From: an uncultured Gemmatimonadales bacterium
Lineage (GTDB): Bacteria; Gemmatimonadota; Gemmatimonadetes; Gemmatimonadales; GWC2-71-9
Direction: 5' to 3'
DNA: 64,000 nt
Assembly: GCA_963825055.1 (NCBI GenBank)
Contig: CAWGSK010000003.1
Coordinates: 1 to 64,000 of the forward strand
The notes beneath the pieces are model-generated. The model was not told the origin of the DNA. It made no database searches and saw only the letters and a list, made by a program, of their open reading frames with translations. Of the stretch, positions 20,634 through 29,137 are shown piece by piece. Both the position numbers and the translations under genes were made by a program. How positions within the stretch are numbered: the stretch's first letter is position 1; each line of letters begins with the position of its first letter.

Positions 20634-20882
20634 GGAGTGGTGAGCAGCGACCATGCAAGAGAAGGCGTGCCTCCAGCCCTTTGAAGGCGCGCCCCTCTCC
20701 CTGCAAACTTGACACTCCCGAGGGTCCGGAGAGTGTTTCCGCTGCTCGGACTTGTCATGCCTGGCGGGAACATGCGGAGTCCGGGTACGCACCAAGGATC
20801 ACAGACAACGAGCGAAGGCCCGGACAGCGCTGTTCCAAAGTCCGGGCCTTCGGGCCGTGCCCGCAGGATATGGAACTTGGGG

Positions 20883-21095
20883 GGTCTACAGCGACCCATC
20901 CTCCCTGCGGTCTGACCTCGCTCCCGCCCCTCCGCCCTGCGGCTGACCCTTACCCCGCGTCTCGTGCTGCCGTCCACCGGGCAGCGGCCTGCCCGGCAGC
21001 AGGATAGTGGGCTTGAGCTGGTACGCCGACGCCCGGCTCACGGCCCTGAGGCGGGAGGAACTGGTGGATCCGGGGCTGGATTGATGGATGGTCGG
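20883..21095 (-). repeat. Repeat copy R3 (more degenerate)
   Basis: Collinear with R2: 36/39 block at 20883 and ~29/42 block at 20986-21027 vs 18487-18528 at the same offset; ggggctggat tail. Confidence 0.75.
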
Positions 21096-21197
21096 CGACA
21101 TGGCACAACTCCCAAAGGGGTTCTGCCTGGTTAGATGCGGTGAGGCTGCGAAGGGTTGCATGCGGGGTCGCGGGGTCACGGGGTCGAGGAGTCGAGG

Positions 21198-22012
21198 GTC
21201 ACTTGAGTGACAGTTCGGCCGAGTCGTGGCTTCAGCCACGAAGGTCACGGCGAGGGGACTTGTTCCGTGGGTCTCTTTCGCGGCTGAGAGTCACGACTCG
21301 GCCGAAATGTTGCCTGAGAGCGACGGGATCTCGCCTGGGTGCCGTGTCGCTCACGTCGCAGGTTCCCTCCGGTCACGACTCAGCGAGCCTGGCCCTGACA
21401 GCGACCCGATCTTCAACCATTCACGATCGCCTCTTCCGGGTGCCGCTCCGGCTGCCCCTCCACGTACCGCCGGACGATCTCCAGCGCCCGCCCGCTCACC
21501 GATTCGATGTCATATCCGCGCTCCCACTTGAGGGGCAGATATGCCGGGCAGTGGCCTTCGCGGGACGCCAGTACCGAGCTCCCGCCCTTCAGCCGCTGAA
21601 CCAGCCTTGGAATGCTGGTAAGGGGATGAAGCTGAAGCAGCACATGGACATGCGTCGTCACCATGCCGAGGGCAATGATCCGGGCCCGCTCCTGCCGCGC
21701 AACCGCCGGCAGGAAGCGTCGGAGAAACCCCGCGACGCCGGATGTGATGAGCGGGGCACGGTCGCGGGTGGTCCAGATGAGATGAACATAGAGACGGTGC
21801 CGGATGAGTTGCTCCCGAGGAAGTCGGGAGTCAGTCTCGATGGCCAGGTCGGAAACCATCGCATCGGATTCCCGCGACTCGTACCTTTTTTCGTGGCTAA
21901 AGCCACGACTCGGCCGGTCTGTCACTCAAGTGACGGCGTTTCTCTTATCAGGAGATCGTCATTGCGTCGCTCTCAGCGATAGACCGGCCGAGTCGCGGCT
22001 CTTAGCCGCGAA
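21198..22012. mobile_element. Y1 transposase element flanked by REP-like double-hairpin repeats (REPtron/IS200-like)
   Basis: 45-bp inverted repeats 21198-21242 and 21890-21934 (42/45 identical); further copies at ~21277-21323 and ~21967-22012. Confidence 0.8.
21413..21805 (-). CDS. IS200/IS605 TnpA or RAYT-like HUH (Y1) transposase
   Basis: HLIWTT..R.PLI, HVH (HUH), LKGGSS, WERGY..SVS and catalytic YVEGQ. Best RBS precedes ATC at 21805. Confidence 0.85.
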   Translation of the reverse strand: MRHRLYVHLIWTTRDRAPLITSGVAGFLRRFLPAVARQERARIIALGMVTTHVHVLLQLHPLTSIPRLVQRLKGGSSVLASREGHCPAYLPLKWERGYDIESVSGRALEIVRRYVEGQPERHPEEAIVNG

Positions 22013-22072
22013 AAAGAGCGTGGCCGGCGTCGCCGACCTTGCGCTACCCGCCAGGAGAACTACGCTATCGAG

Positions 22073-23221
22073 ATGGCTTCCATCCCTCGCGCTGCCGCCT
22101 TGTTCCTCACCACTGCGCTGATCTCCCTGTCCTCTGCCTGCTCGAGCGAGCAGGCCCCGGAGGCCGGAGAGTTCACCGGGTCACCCACCGGCCAGGCGAA
22201 GCGGGCCCTGGTTCGCGACCTGGTCATCCCCGGTGAAACCCCAGACTACGCCTTCAGCAGCATCGCCGGCATCGCCGAGAATCCCACAGACGGCCGCCTC
22301 GCCGTCATCGATCGGCAGGACCGCCGCGTATTCATCTTCGACAGCACTGGGACTCTGCTCGCGAAGGTGGGGCGCGAGGGCTCCGGGCCAGGTGAGTTCA
22401 GGTTCCCGATGGATCCCCATTGGACAACCGATACACTGTGGATCGCAGATCCGAACCTCGGCCGGCTGACCCCGATTGTGGATGGCGCTCCAGGGAAGAG
22501 CGTACCTGCTCCGGCTGGTGGGCGCCATCTGCGCATGCTGCACGACGGACGCATCGCCGACGTGCCGTGGAGATCTGGCTTCATCGCCAATATGCCGGAC
22601 ACCCAGCGGCTTGCTGTCACCGTCTATCCGCGCGGGAAGAGCCGGGTGGATACGGTGTTCCAGATGGTTCGCCACCTGCGCAGCCTCGAGATTCCGACCA
22701 CCACGGGCTGGAGCATCGGAGGACAGCCCTTCGAAGACGGCGAGCTGTACGAAATCTGCGAGGATGGTTCCGGAATAGTCATCGTCGACCGCCGAACCGA
22801 CCGGACATCATACGCCGTCACCCGGATCTCCATGGACGGCGACACCGTCTTTGACCGGCACTTCGATTATGACCCGCTACCCCTGACGGACGAACAGGTG
22901 GAGGCTGTCATTACCCGACGGGGAGCGACGGCACCCGGCGGCGAACCGGCCGTCCGGAAAGCCCTGTTCCTCCCACCCCACCTGACTCCGGCTCGCCAGG
23001 TTCTTACCGGCAGCGACGGCACCACCTGGCTGGAGCTGGAGACGGCCGACCCCGACTCAGCGATATGGCAGGCGCTGGATCGGGACGGCAATTCCGTATT
23101 CAGGCTCTCGCTCCCGCGCCGCGAATTCCTCACGGCGGCCGCGCTGGATCACATCTGGACAACCGAATTCGATGAGAATGGTGTGCCGTCGCTGACCCGG
23201 TACCAGTTGAACGGAGGCTGA
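22073..23221 (+). CDS. Beta-propeller (6-bladed) lipoprotein
   Basis: SSAC lipobox, VGREGSGPGEF and GSDGTTW. Confidence 0.85.
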   Translation: MASIPRAAALFLTTALISLSSACSSEQAPEAGEFTGSPTGQAKRALVRDLVIPGETPDYAFSSIAGIAENPTDGRLAVIDRQDRRVFIFDSTGTLLAKVGREGSGPGEFRFPMDPHWTTDTLWIADPNLGRLTPIVDGAPGKSVPAPAGGRHLRMLHDGRIADVPWRSGFIANMPDTQRLAVTVYPRGKSRVDTVFQMVRHLRSLEIPTTTGWSIGGQPFEDGELYEICEDGSGIVIVDRRTDRTSYAVTRISMDGDTVFDRHFDYDPLPLTDEQVEAVITRRGATAPGGEPAVRKALFLPPHLTPARQVLTGSDGTTWLELETADPDSAIWQALDRDGNSVFRLSLPRREFLTAAALDHIWTTEFDENGVPSLTRYQLNGG

Positions 23222-23269
23222 CTTCGATCCCGGGCCGCCTCACGGGCGGCCGGCAGGCCGCCCCTACAC

Positions 23270-23312
23270 CCGTTTACCGTTCACCGCTCACCGCTTACCG
23301 CTTACTGTTCAC
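23270..23312. repeat. 7-mer tandem repeat (CCGCTTA/CCGTTCA-like)
   Basis: ccgtttaccgttcaccgctcaccgcttaccgcttactgttcac between convergent genes. Confidence 0.8.
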
Positions 23313-23316
23313 ACTG

Positions 23317-24249
23317 TTAGTAGGACTGCAGATCTCTCCCACTCACAACCTTCCCCTCATACCCCGCGCTCTTCACCTCGTTCACCAGGTCCTCGTCCGT
23401 CGCACCCCAGTACAGCTGGTGGTACAGCACCAGCAGCTTCGGCCGGGCCTCTGCGGCCAGCTTCGCCAGCTCGGTCGTCGAGGTATGGAAATCGGCGTGG
23501 TACCGCTGCCACGGCCCGGGAAGCCCCTGGAAGGTCCGTGCGGAGTAGACCTCGTGCACCAGCACGTCGCAGCCGCTGCACGCCTCGGCGATGGCGGCGG
23601 TCGGCGTCTCGTCCCCGGAAATGACGATCACCCGGTCAGGCGTTTTGAAACGGTAGCCCCAGGCCACGGGCCAGCTGCCGTGGTGTACCGGCACCGCGGT
23701 GACGGTCACCAGCGAGTCCTGGTAAACGACACCGGGTGAGGGAATCTCATGGACGTTCGCGCGCCAGCCCTCGGTGTTCTCGCGGGGCTCGAGTCCGTTG
23801 ATCCGGATGTCGATGTCCTCGCTCCAGGCGGCCTCGATGTGGCGGGCCATGGCCTCGATGCCCGGTGGGCCGTACACCTCGAGCGGGCCGGGGCGCTCCA
23901 GCACCCACGGCGTCAGCAGCAGGTCCGGGAGCCCGACCGTGTGATCGGAGTGGAGGTGCGTGATGAAGACCCGATTGAGCCGCGACGGTTCCAGGGCCGG
24001 GATACCGTTCCGCCATGCGGCCGCGGCACGCCGGACAATCCCGGGCCCTGCGTCCACCAGGTATGCGGTCGAATCCACGACTACAGCCACTGCCGGCCCT
24101 GAGCGTTCGGGGTCAGCGTTCGGCGTGCCGGTACCGAGCATGATCACGCGGGTTCGTCCCGGCGGACCTGCCGGCACGGACTGCTCCAGGTCCGACCGAC
24201 TGCATGCCGCCAGGGCCAGGACACTCAGGAGGAGGCGCGACAAGGACAC
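23317..24249 (-). CDS. MBL-fold hydrolase (RNase Z/arylsulfatase-like) with lipoprotein signal
   Basis: LGTG, THLHSDH, SGD, LVHE and HT motifs; LAAC lipobox; GTG start after GGAG. Confidence 0.88.
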   Translation of the reverse strand: MSLSRLLLSVLALAACSRSDLEQSVPAGPPGRTRVIMLGTGTPNADPERSGPAVAVVVDSTAYLVDAGPGIVRRAAAAWRNGIPALEPSRLNRVFITHLHSDHTVGLPDLLLTPWVLERPGPLEVYGPPGIEAMARHIEAAWSEDIDIRINGLEPRENTEGWRANVHEIPSPGVVYQDSLVTVTAVPVHHGSWPVAWGYRFKTPDRVIVISGDETPTAAIAEACSGCDVLVHEVYSARTFQGLPGPWQRYHADFHTSTTELAKLAAEARPKLLVLYHQLYWGATDEDLVNEVKSAGYEGKVVSGRDLQSY

Positions 24250-24280
24250 ATGGTCTCCCTGGTTGAGCTTCGCAACAGCA

Positions 24281-24356
24281 AACCACGGAGGCACGGAGTA
24301 CACGGAGCAGAAACAGTCTGGGTCTACTCCTCCGTGCTCTCCGTGTCTCCGTGGTT
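24281..24356. repeat. Palindromic element with 9-mer (CACGGAG..) repeat arms
   Basis: aaccacggaggcacggagtacacggag ... ctccgtgctctccgtgtctccgtggtt. Confidence 0.85.
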
Positions 24357-24372
24357 CAGGAAAGACTGTGGT

Positions 24373-25548
24373 TCAAATGCCATCCAGTCGCTCCAGTCCC
24401 ATCGCTTCCCACGCGGTCACCGTAATAGTCCCATCCGTGGAAGTGGACTTCACATAGATGCGGTTCCCCCGGAGGTACGGTGGCACGTCGGGATCCCGAG
24501 CCGGCGCATCCACCGTCGCAACCAGCCTGCCCTGGACCGTGAACAGGTCGAACACAAATCCACCAGGCACGGGCCGCTCGACCCAGATCCTGCCGGCATC
24601 ATCCAGCGTGACCGACCGGAAGGCCGGCCGCGCCTTCGGCCGCTCCTGCCGCCTGGGTTCGCACTCTGCGGGTCCGAGCCGGGCCCGCTCCGCGTTCAGG
24701 GTGTCCTGCGCCGCGGCCCACTCGGCGTCGGTGATCGCGACAGGAGGAACGTCATACGAAATCACCCGGACGCTGTCGCTTCTCGGGTCGCCAATCCGGA
24801 GCAGGTACTCGTCCGTGCGCCCGGTGAGCGGCACGAACGGCGGCACCCACGTCTCTACCCACTGGGGTGCAAAAGGAAAGTCGATGAAGGCAAACCCGCC
24901 GCCGGAAACGGTGCACTCCATGCCGCTCACCAGCTGCGGCCGCTCGGGCAGCGGCACCGTGTCCCGCGCTCCCCCTAGCCCGAACCGCACTCCTACTGGC
25001 AGCAGGCTCCCGTCAGGCCCGGGCAGGCGCCACGGCACCACGACGGACGCACTGTCCAGCGGAGCGAGGCGGATCACCCGGCCGCTGAGTGGCTGCACCG
25101 GCCAGCTGCCCAGCCACTCTCCCCGCGTTCCAAAGAGTTCGATCCGCGCATTGCCCGGGTCGAGCGCCGCCAGGGTGTTGCCGAGCCATGCAAGCGAGTT
25201 CAAGGCGGTGAACTCGGTCGGGCCGTGTCCCTCACGCCCGATGGTCTCCACGAACCGCCCGGTGCTGTCGAACACCAGCACACGCGACACACCTGCGTCG
25301 GCCACGAAGAGCCGTCCGTTCGGCAGGGACGCCAGCGCACGAATGTCTTCCAGCTCGCCAGGGCCGCTCCGGTTAGCGGTGTAGACATGCCGGATCTGGA
25401 ACCTCGGCGCTTCGCCGCTATTGGCGGCCGTAATGATGCTGCCGGTGGTGTCGAACGTCGTCACGACCGTGCCGCGTGGCGGATTCCGCGGATTGTCGCA
25501 GCCGGTGGCCAGGACCAGGCCGGCCGCCAGAACGAGCAAGCGCCTCAC
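24373..25548 (-). CDS. Beta-propeller (6-bladed) lipoprotein
   Basis: ATGC lipobox, IGREGHGPTEF and DDAGRIWV. Confidence 0.85.
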   Translation of the reverse strand: MRRLLVLAAGLVLATGCDNPRNPPRGTVVTTFDTTGSIITAANSGEAPRFQIRHVYTANRSGPGELEDIRALASLPNGRLFVADAGVSRVLVFDSTGRFVETIGREGHGPTEFTALNSLAWLGNTLAALDPGNARIELFGTRGEWLGSWPVQPLSGRVIRLAPLDSASVVVPWRLPGPDGSLLPVGVRFGLGGARDTVPLPERPQLVSGMECTVSGGGFAFIDFPFAPQWVETWVPPFVPLTGRTDEYLLRIGDPRSDSVRVISYDVPPVAITDAEWAAAQDTLNAERARLGPAECEPRRQERPKARPAFRSVTLDDAGRIWVERPVPGGFVFDLFTVQGRLVATVDAPARDPDVPPYLRGNRIYVKSTSTDGTITVTAWEAMGLERLDGI

Positions 25549-26753
25549 TTTGCGGTCGCCGACTGGTCCAGGTGGTACCGGGTCAGGACCGGAAGCCCAT
25601 CAGCATCCTGGCCCAGGCTGTAGAGCCGGCCGTCCGGCCCCCACTGGACGAGGAACGAGCCGAGGGAGGCTGGCACCGGCACTGTGCCAAGGAACACCCG
25701 GGACGAGTCGAATACGTCGAAGGACTCGCCCTGACCCAGGTCGATCCCCCGAAGCCAGATCCGGCCCGCGGGGTCGGCGTAGATGTCCCGCCAGGCCGGC
25801 GCGCTGGTCGGCATGTCACTCTTTTGGAAGGTGCGCCGGAGTTCGGCCGGTTCCATCCGCTGCCCGATCATGGCGACCAGGCCCTCGAAGACGCTGTCAC
25901 GACGGAAGGTGGGAATGGCCGGCGCCGTCCAGGTACGGCCAAACACCCGGAGCGTGTCGCCATCCGGCCCGAGCTCGGTGAGGCGGTACGTATCGCTGTA
26001 GCCCATGACCAGCCCGCCGTCGGGCAGGAATCCGTAATCGGTGGACGGAGACCAGGGGATGTTGAACACGCTCCGCGAACGGCTGGTGCCGCTGGTACGC
26101 TCGATCACCCAGTTGTGCCGGGGGCCGAGCATCGGCAGGTGGAGCGTATCGATGGGAGTGCCGTCGAGGCCGGCTCGCGCGAAGGTGATTGCGATGCTGT
26201 CGGAGGGCGGCTCCTGCACCGGCGTCGCGATCCGCCCCCGTGCATCCACGTGCAGCGGCATCCAGTAACAGCAGCCTGACGGCCAGCTGTCCAGGAACGT
26301 GCCCGCCGTGTCGAAGACACTCGTCCGGGCAGTCTGCGGATCCTGGACGATGAGCAGCGTATCGAATGCGGCGGGAAAGGCCACCTGGAACTCGCCCGGC
26401 CCCTGCCCTTCCCGGCCGATGGTATGCAGGAAGCTGCCGTCGGGGCCATAGACCTTGATGACCGTCGGCTTCGTGTCCACCACGTAGATCCGCCCCGCCG
26501 GGTCCACGGCAAAACCCATGGGCTGCACCAGCTCGCCCGGGCCCCCGGACTCCCCGGACCCGACCTGCAGGTCTTCCACCAGCTTCCACCCGCTCGTGTC
26601 GGCCCAGGCCGTGGGCCCGTGACTCATGATGGAGAGCACTCCGTTCGGCAGGGTATCCCGCACCACCGCGGCGTCGGTGCCCTCTCCCGCTCCGCCACAG
26701 GCCGGCGCGGCGAGGACAGGAAGGAGCAGGGCGAACAGGCGGCGAAACCTCAT
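25545..26753 (-). CDS. Beta-propeller (6-bladed) lipoprotein
   Basis: APAC lipobox-like site, IGREGQGPGEF and DPAGRIW. Start at ATG 26753. Confidence 0.85.
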   Translation of the reverse strand: MRFRRLFALLLPVLAAPACGGAGEGTDAAVVRDTLPNGVLSIMSHGPTAWADTSGWKLVEDLQVGSGESGGPGELVQPMGFAVDPAGRIYVVDTKPTVIKVYGPDGSFLHTIGREGQGPGEFQVAFPAAFDTLLIVQDPQTARTSVFDTAGTFLDSWPSGCCYWMPLHVDARGRIATPVQEPPSDSIAITFARAGLDGTPIDTLHLPMLGPRHNWVIERTSGTSRSRSVFNIPWSPSTDYGFLPDGGLVMGYSDTYRLTELGPDGDTLRVFGRTWTAPAIPTFRRDSVFEGLVAMIGQRMEPAELRRTFQKSDMPTSAPAWRDIYADPAGRIWLRGIDLGQGESFDVFDSSRVFLGTVPVPASLGSFLVQWGPDGRLYSLGQDADGLPVLTRYHLDQSATAK

Positions 26754-26831
26754 CGGAACCTCGGGCGTAGCGTGGGCGCGCACAGTGATGCTGTATTATA
26801 TCGATTCCTTCCCCTCGACCGGACTGCTGCC

Positions 26832-28868
26832 ATGCTCCGCCTCCCCCTGACGCTCAGTGCCCTGCTCCTTCTTGCCGGCCCGCTCCACGCCCAGACGGCC
26901 CTCTCCACCTACGCCGACGCGTTCGTCATGCGCTACGACCGTACGGCCCCGGCGGTGGACTACGAGGTCACGGTCAAGGATGGCGACCGGTCCGCCTATT
27001 TCGTCAGGATGCAGATCACCAACGCCCCGGACACCGCCCGGGTGGTGATCCCGGACTGGGCACCGGGCGCCTACCGGCTGGTCAACGCCGGCCGCAACAT
27101 CGCCGACATCTCCGCCCGGGACAGCCGCGGGAACGTCCTGTCCGTCTCACACCCGGATTCCATCACCTGGGCCATCGCCCGCGGGGCCCCGGACACAATC
27201 CTGCTCACCTACAGCGCCGGAATCCGGGAACCCCGGCAGTGGGCCCGCCCCAATAACCGCTGGTTCCTTCGCGAGACGTCGGGGTTGATCGACGGCCCCC
27301 ACACCTTCATGTACCTGCAGGGCCACAAACTGGTGCCGTCCCACATCAGCTTCAAACTCCCCGCCGGCTGGCAGATCGGCACCGGGCTCATCGGCACACC
27401 TGACAGCACGGTGTACTACGCCACCAGCTACGACGTGCTGATCGACAGCCCGGTCCTCCTCGGTGACTTCGTGACCTACCACTTCACGGCCGGCGGCGTG
27501 CCCCACCGGGCCGTGGTGGACCTCGGCGGCGCCAAGCCGGAATATGATGAAGCGGCCTTCGTGGACATGCTGCGGCGTATCTCTCAGGGCGCCATCAACA
27601 TCTTCGGCAGTGCCCCGTACAAGGATTACACCTACATCTTCGCCGGCAGCGGGGGCGGCCTCGAGCACCTGAACTCCACGACCATCGGCTTCAACCCTGC
27701 CGCCATGGCGCGCGATCCCCACACGCACCAGGGTGTCACGGCGCACGAGTTTTTCCACACCTGGAACGTGAAGCGGATCCGCCCGGTGGAGCTGGGGCCG
27801 TTCGACTACACCGGGCCTGTCCGCACCCTGAACCTGTGGGTCAGCGAAGGCAACACGAATTACTACGAGGCCCTGATCCTTGCGCGGAGCGGCCTCCACA
27901 CCGGGGGCGACTTCGTCCGGAACACCGAGAACACCATCGCCAGCCATCGCTCCAACCCGGCCCGGCTCAGCATTTCGCCGGAGCGCTCGAGCTGGACGGT
28001 CTGGGATCCGTCGTCCGTGAACGACGGCCTCAACATTTCCTACTACCAGCAGGGTGAACTGCTCGGCTTCATGCTGGACCTCGCCATCCGGGACTCGACC
28101 GGCAACCGGAAATCGTATGACGATGTCATGCGCTACCTCTACGACCACTACTCGGGCGAGCGCGGCTTCACCAGCGAAGACCTGCTCAACGCCATCCTGC
28201 ACGCCACCGGCCTCAACTTCCACGATTTCTGGCGCAAGTACGTGAGCGGCACCGCCGAGATTCCCTGGAACGACTTCCTGCGGTCGGCGGGTTGGCAGGT
28301 CGACATCCGGGAGCAGGAGGTCGCCACCCCCGGCATTCCGGCGCGACTGGACAACGGGCAGCTCGTGGTAACCCGGGATAAGGGCACGCTCAAGACGGGC
28401 GACCGGGTCGTCACCATCAACGGCGAGCAGCCCCAGGCCATGCGGCCGCCGGCCGTGGGCGACCGGCTCGCCCTCGAGATCCAGCGGGACGGCCGGACGA
28501 TGAACGCCACGGTCACCGCGCGGGCCGCGGCGGACGACCGGCTGTTCGCCCTCACCCCCGCCACGCAGGGCAGCCCCTGGCGGGCCTTCGTGGTGAGCGG
28601 CAGCGCCGCCGAAAAGGCCGGGCTCCAGACGGGTGACGAACTGGTCGAGGTGAATGGAAAAGCCATTGCCTCACGACAGGACCTGAACAATGCCCTCTCC
28701 GGCGCCGGCCTCAACGACAAGGTCACCGCCCGGATCAGGCGGGACGGCCGGGAACGGACGATCTCCTGGAAGGCTGGGAGCTACACCGCGATCCGGGCCC
28801 GGATGAGTGACCTCCCGCAGGTGACGGACGCCATGCGGGCGGTGAGACGGGGGATGCTGGGGAGATAG
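26832..28868 (+). CDS. M61 glycyl aminopeptidase with two PDZ domains
   Basis: Signal peptide, GGLEH, HEFFHTWNVKRIRP, WVSEG and C-terminal GD..V.VNG PDZ motifs. Confidence 0.9.
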   Translation: MLRLPLTLSALLLLAGPLHAQTALSTYADAFVMRYDRTAPAVDYEVTVKDGDRSAYFVRMQITNAPDTARVVIPDWAPGAYRLVNAGRNIADISARDSRGNVLSVSHPDSITWAIARGAPDTILLTYSAGIREPRQWARPNNRWFLRETSGLIDGPHTFMYLQGHKLVPSHISFKLPAGWQIGTGLIGTPDSTVYYATSYDVLIDSPVLLGDFVTYHFTAGGVPHRAVVDLGGAKPEYDEAAFVDMLRRISQGAINIFGSAPYKDYTYIFAGSGGGLEHLNSTTIGFNPAAMARDPHTHQGVTAHEFFHTWNVKRIRPVELGPFDYTGPVRTLNLWVSEGNTNYYEALILARSGLHTGGDFVRNTENTIASHRSNPARLSISPERSSWTVWDPSSVNDGLNISYYQQGELLGFMLDLAIRDSTGNRKSYDDVMRYLYDHYSGERGFTSEDLLNAILHATGLNFHDFWRKYVSGTAEIPWNDFLRSAGWQVDIREQEVATPGIPARLDNGQLVVTRDKGTLKTGDRVVTINGEQPQAMRPPAVGDRLALEIQRDGRTMNATVTARAAADDRLFALTPATQGSPWRAFVVSGSAAEKAGLQTGDELVEVNGKAIASRQDLNNALSGAGLNDKVTARIRRDGRERTISWKAGSYTAIRARMSDLPQVTDAMRAVRRGMLGR

Positions 28869-29055
28869 GCAGCAGGGAGTCGGCAGCAGGCAGTCGGCGA
28901 TCGGCAGTCGGCAGTCGGCAGTCGGCAATCGGCGGTCGGCAGGGGCGGGCGAGTGGCAAGCGGCAAGTGGACAACAACTTGTCCGTCCTGTCCGCCTTGT
29001 CCGCCCTGTCCGCCCTGTCCGCCTTGTCCGCCTTGTCCGTCCGTCCGTCCGTCCC
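28868..29055. repeat. Tandem 7-mer (GGCAGTC) and 9-mer (TGTCCGCCY) repeats
   Basis: Directly visible in the sequence. Confidence 0.9.
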
Positions 29056-29058
29056 GAC

Positions 29059-29084
29059 GCAACCCTTTCCGGCCCCCCCGTGTC
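29059..29084 (+). promoter_or_regulatory. Putative ECF sigma promoter (autoregulatory)
   Basis: GCAAC-N17-TGTC; same layout as 32861-32889. Confidence 0.6.
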
Positions 29085-29137
29085 CATCACACAGCCAGGC
29101 CGGGCAACCGCTGAAGTCGTAACTGATTGGGAGCCAC

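Noticed and set aside
15772..21095. Integron or CRISPR interpretation of the cassette repeats
   Set aside because: No tyrosine recombinase or cas genes, no attC-like palindromes recognised, and the spacers are kb-sized genes.
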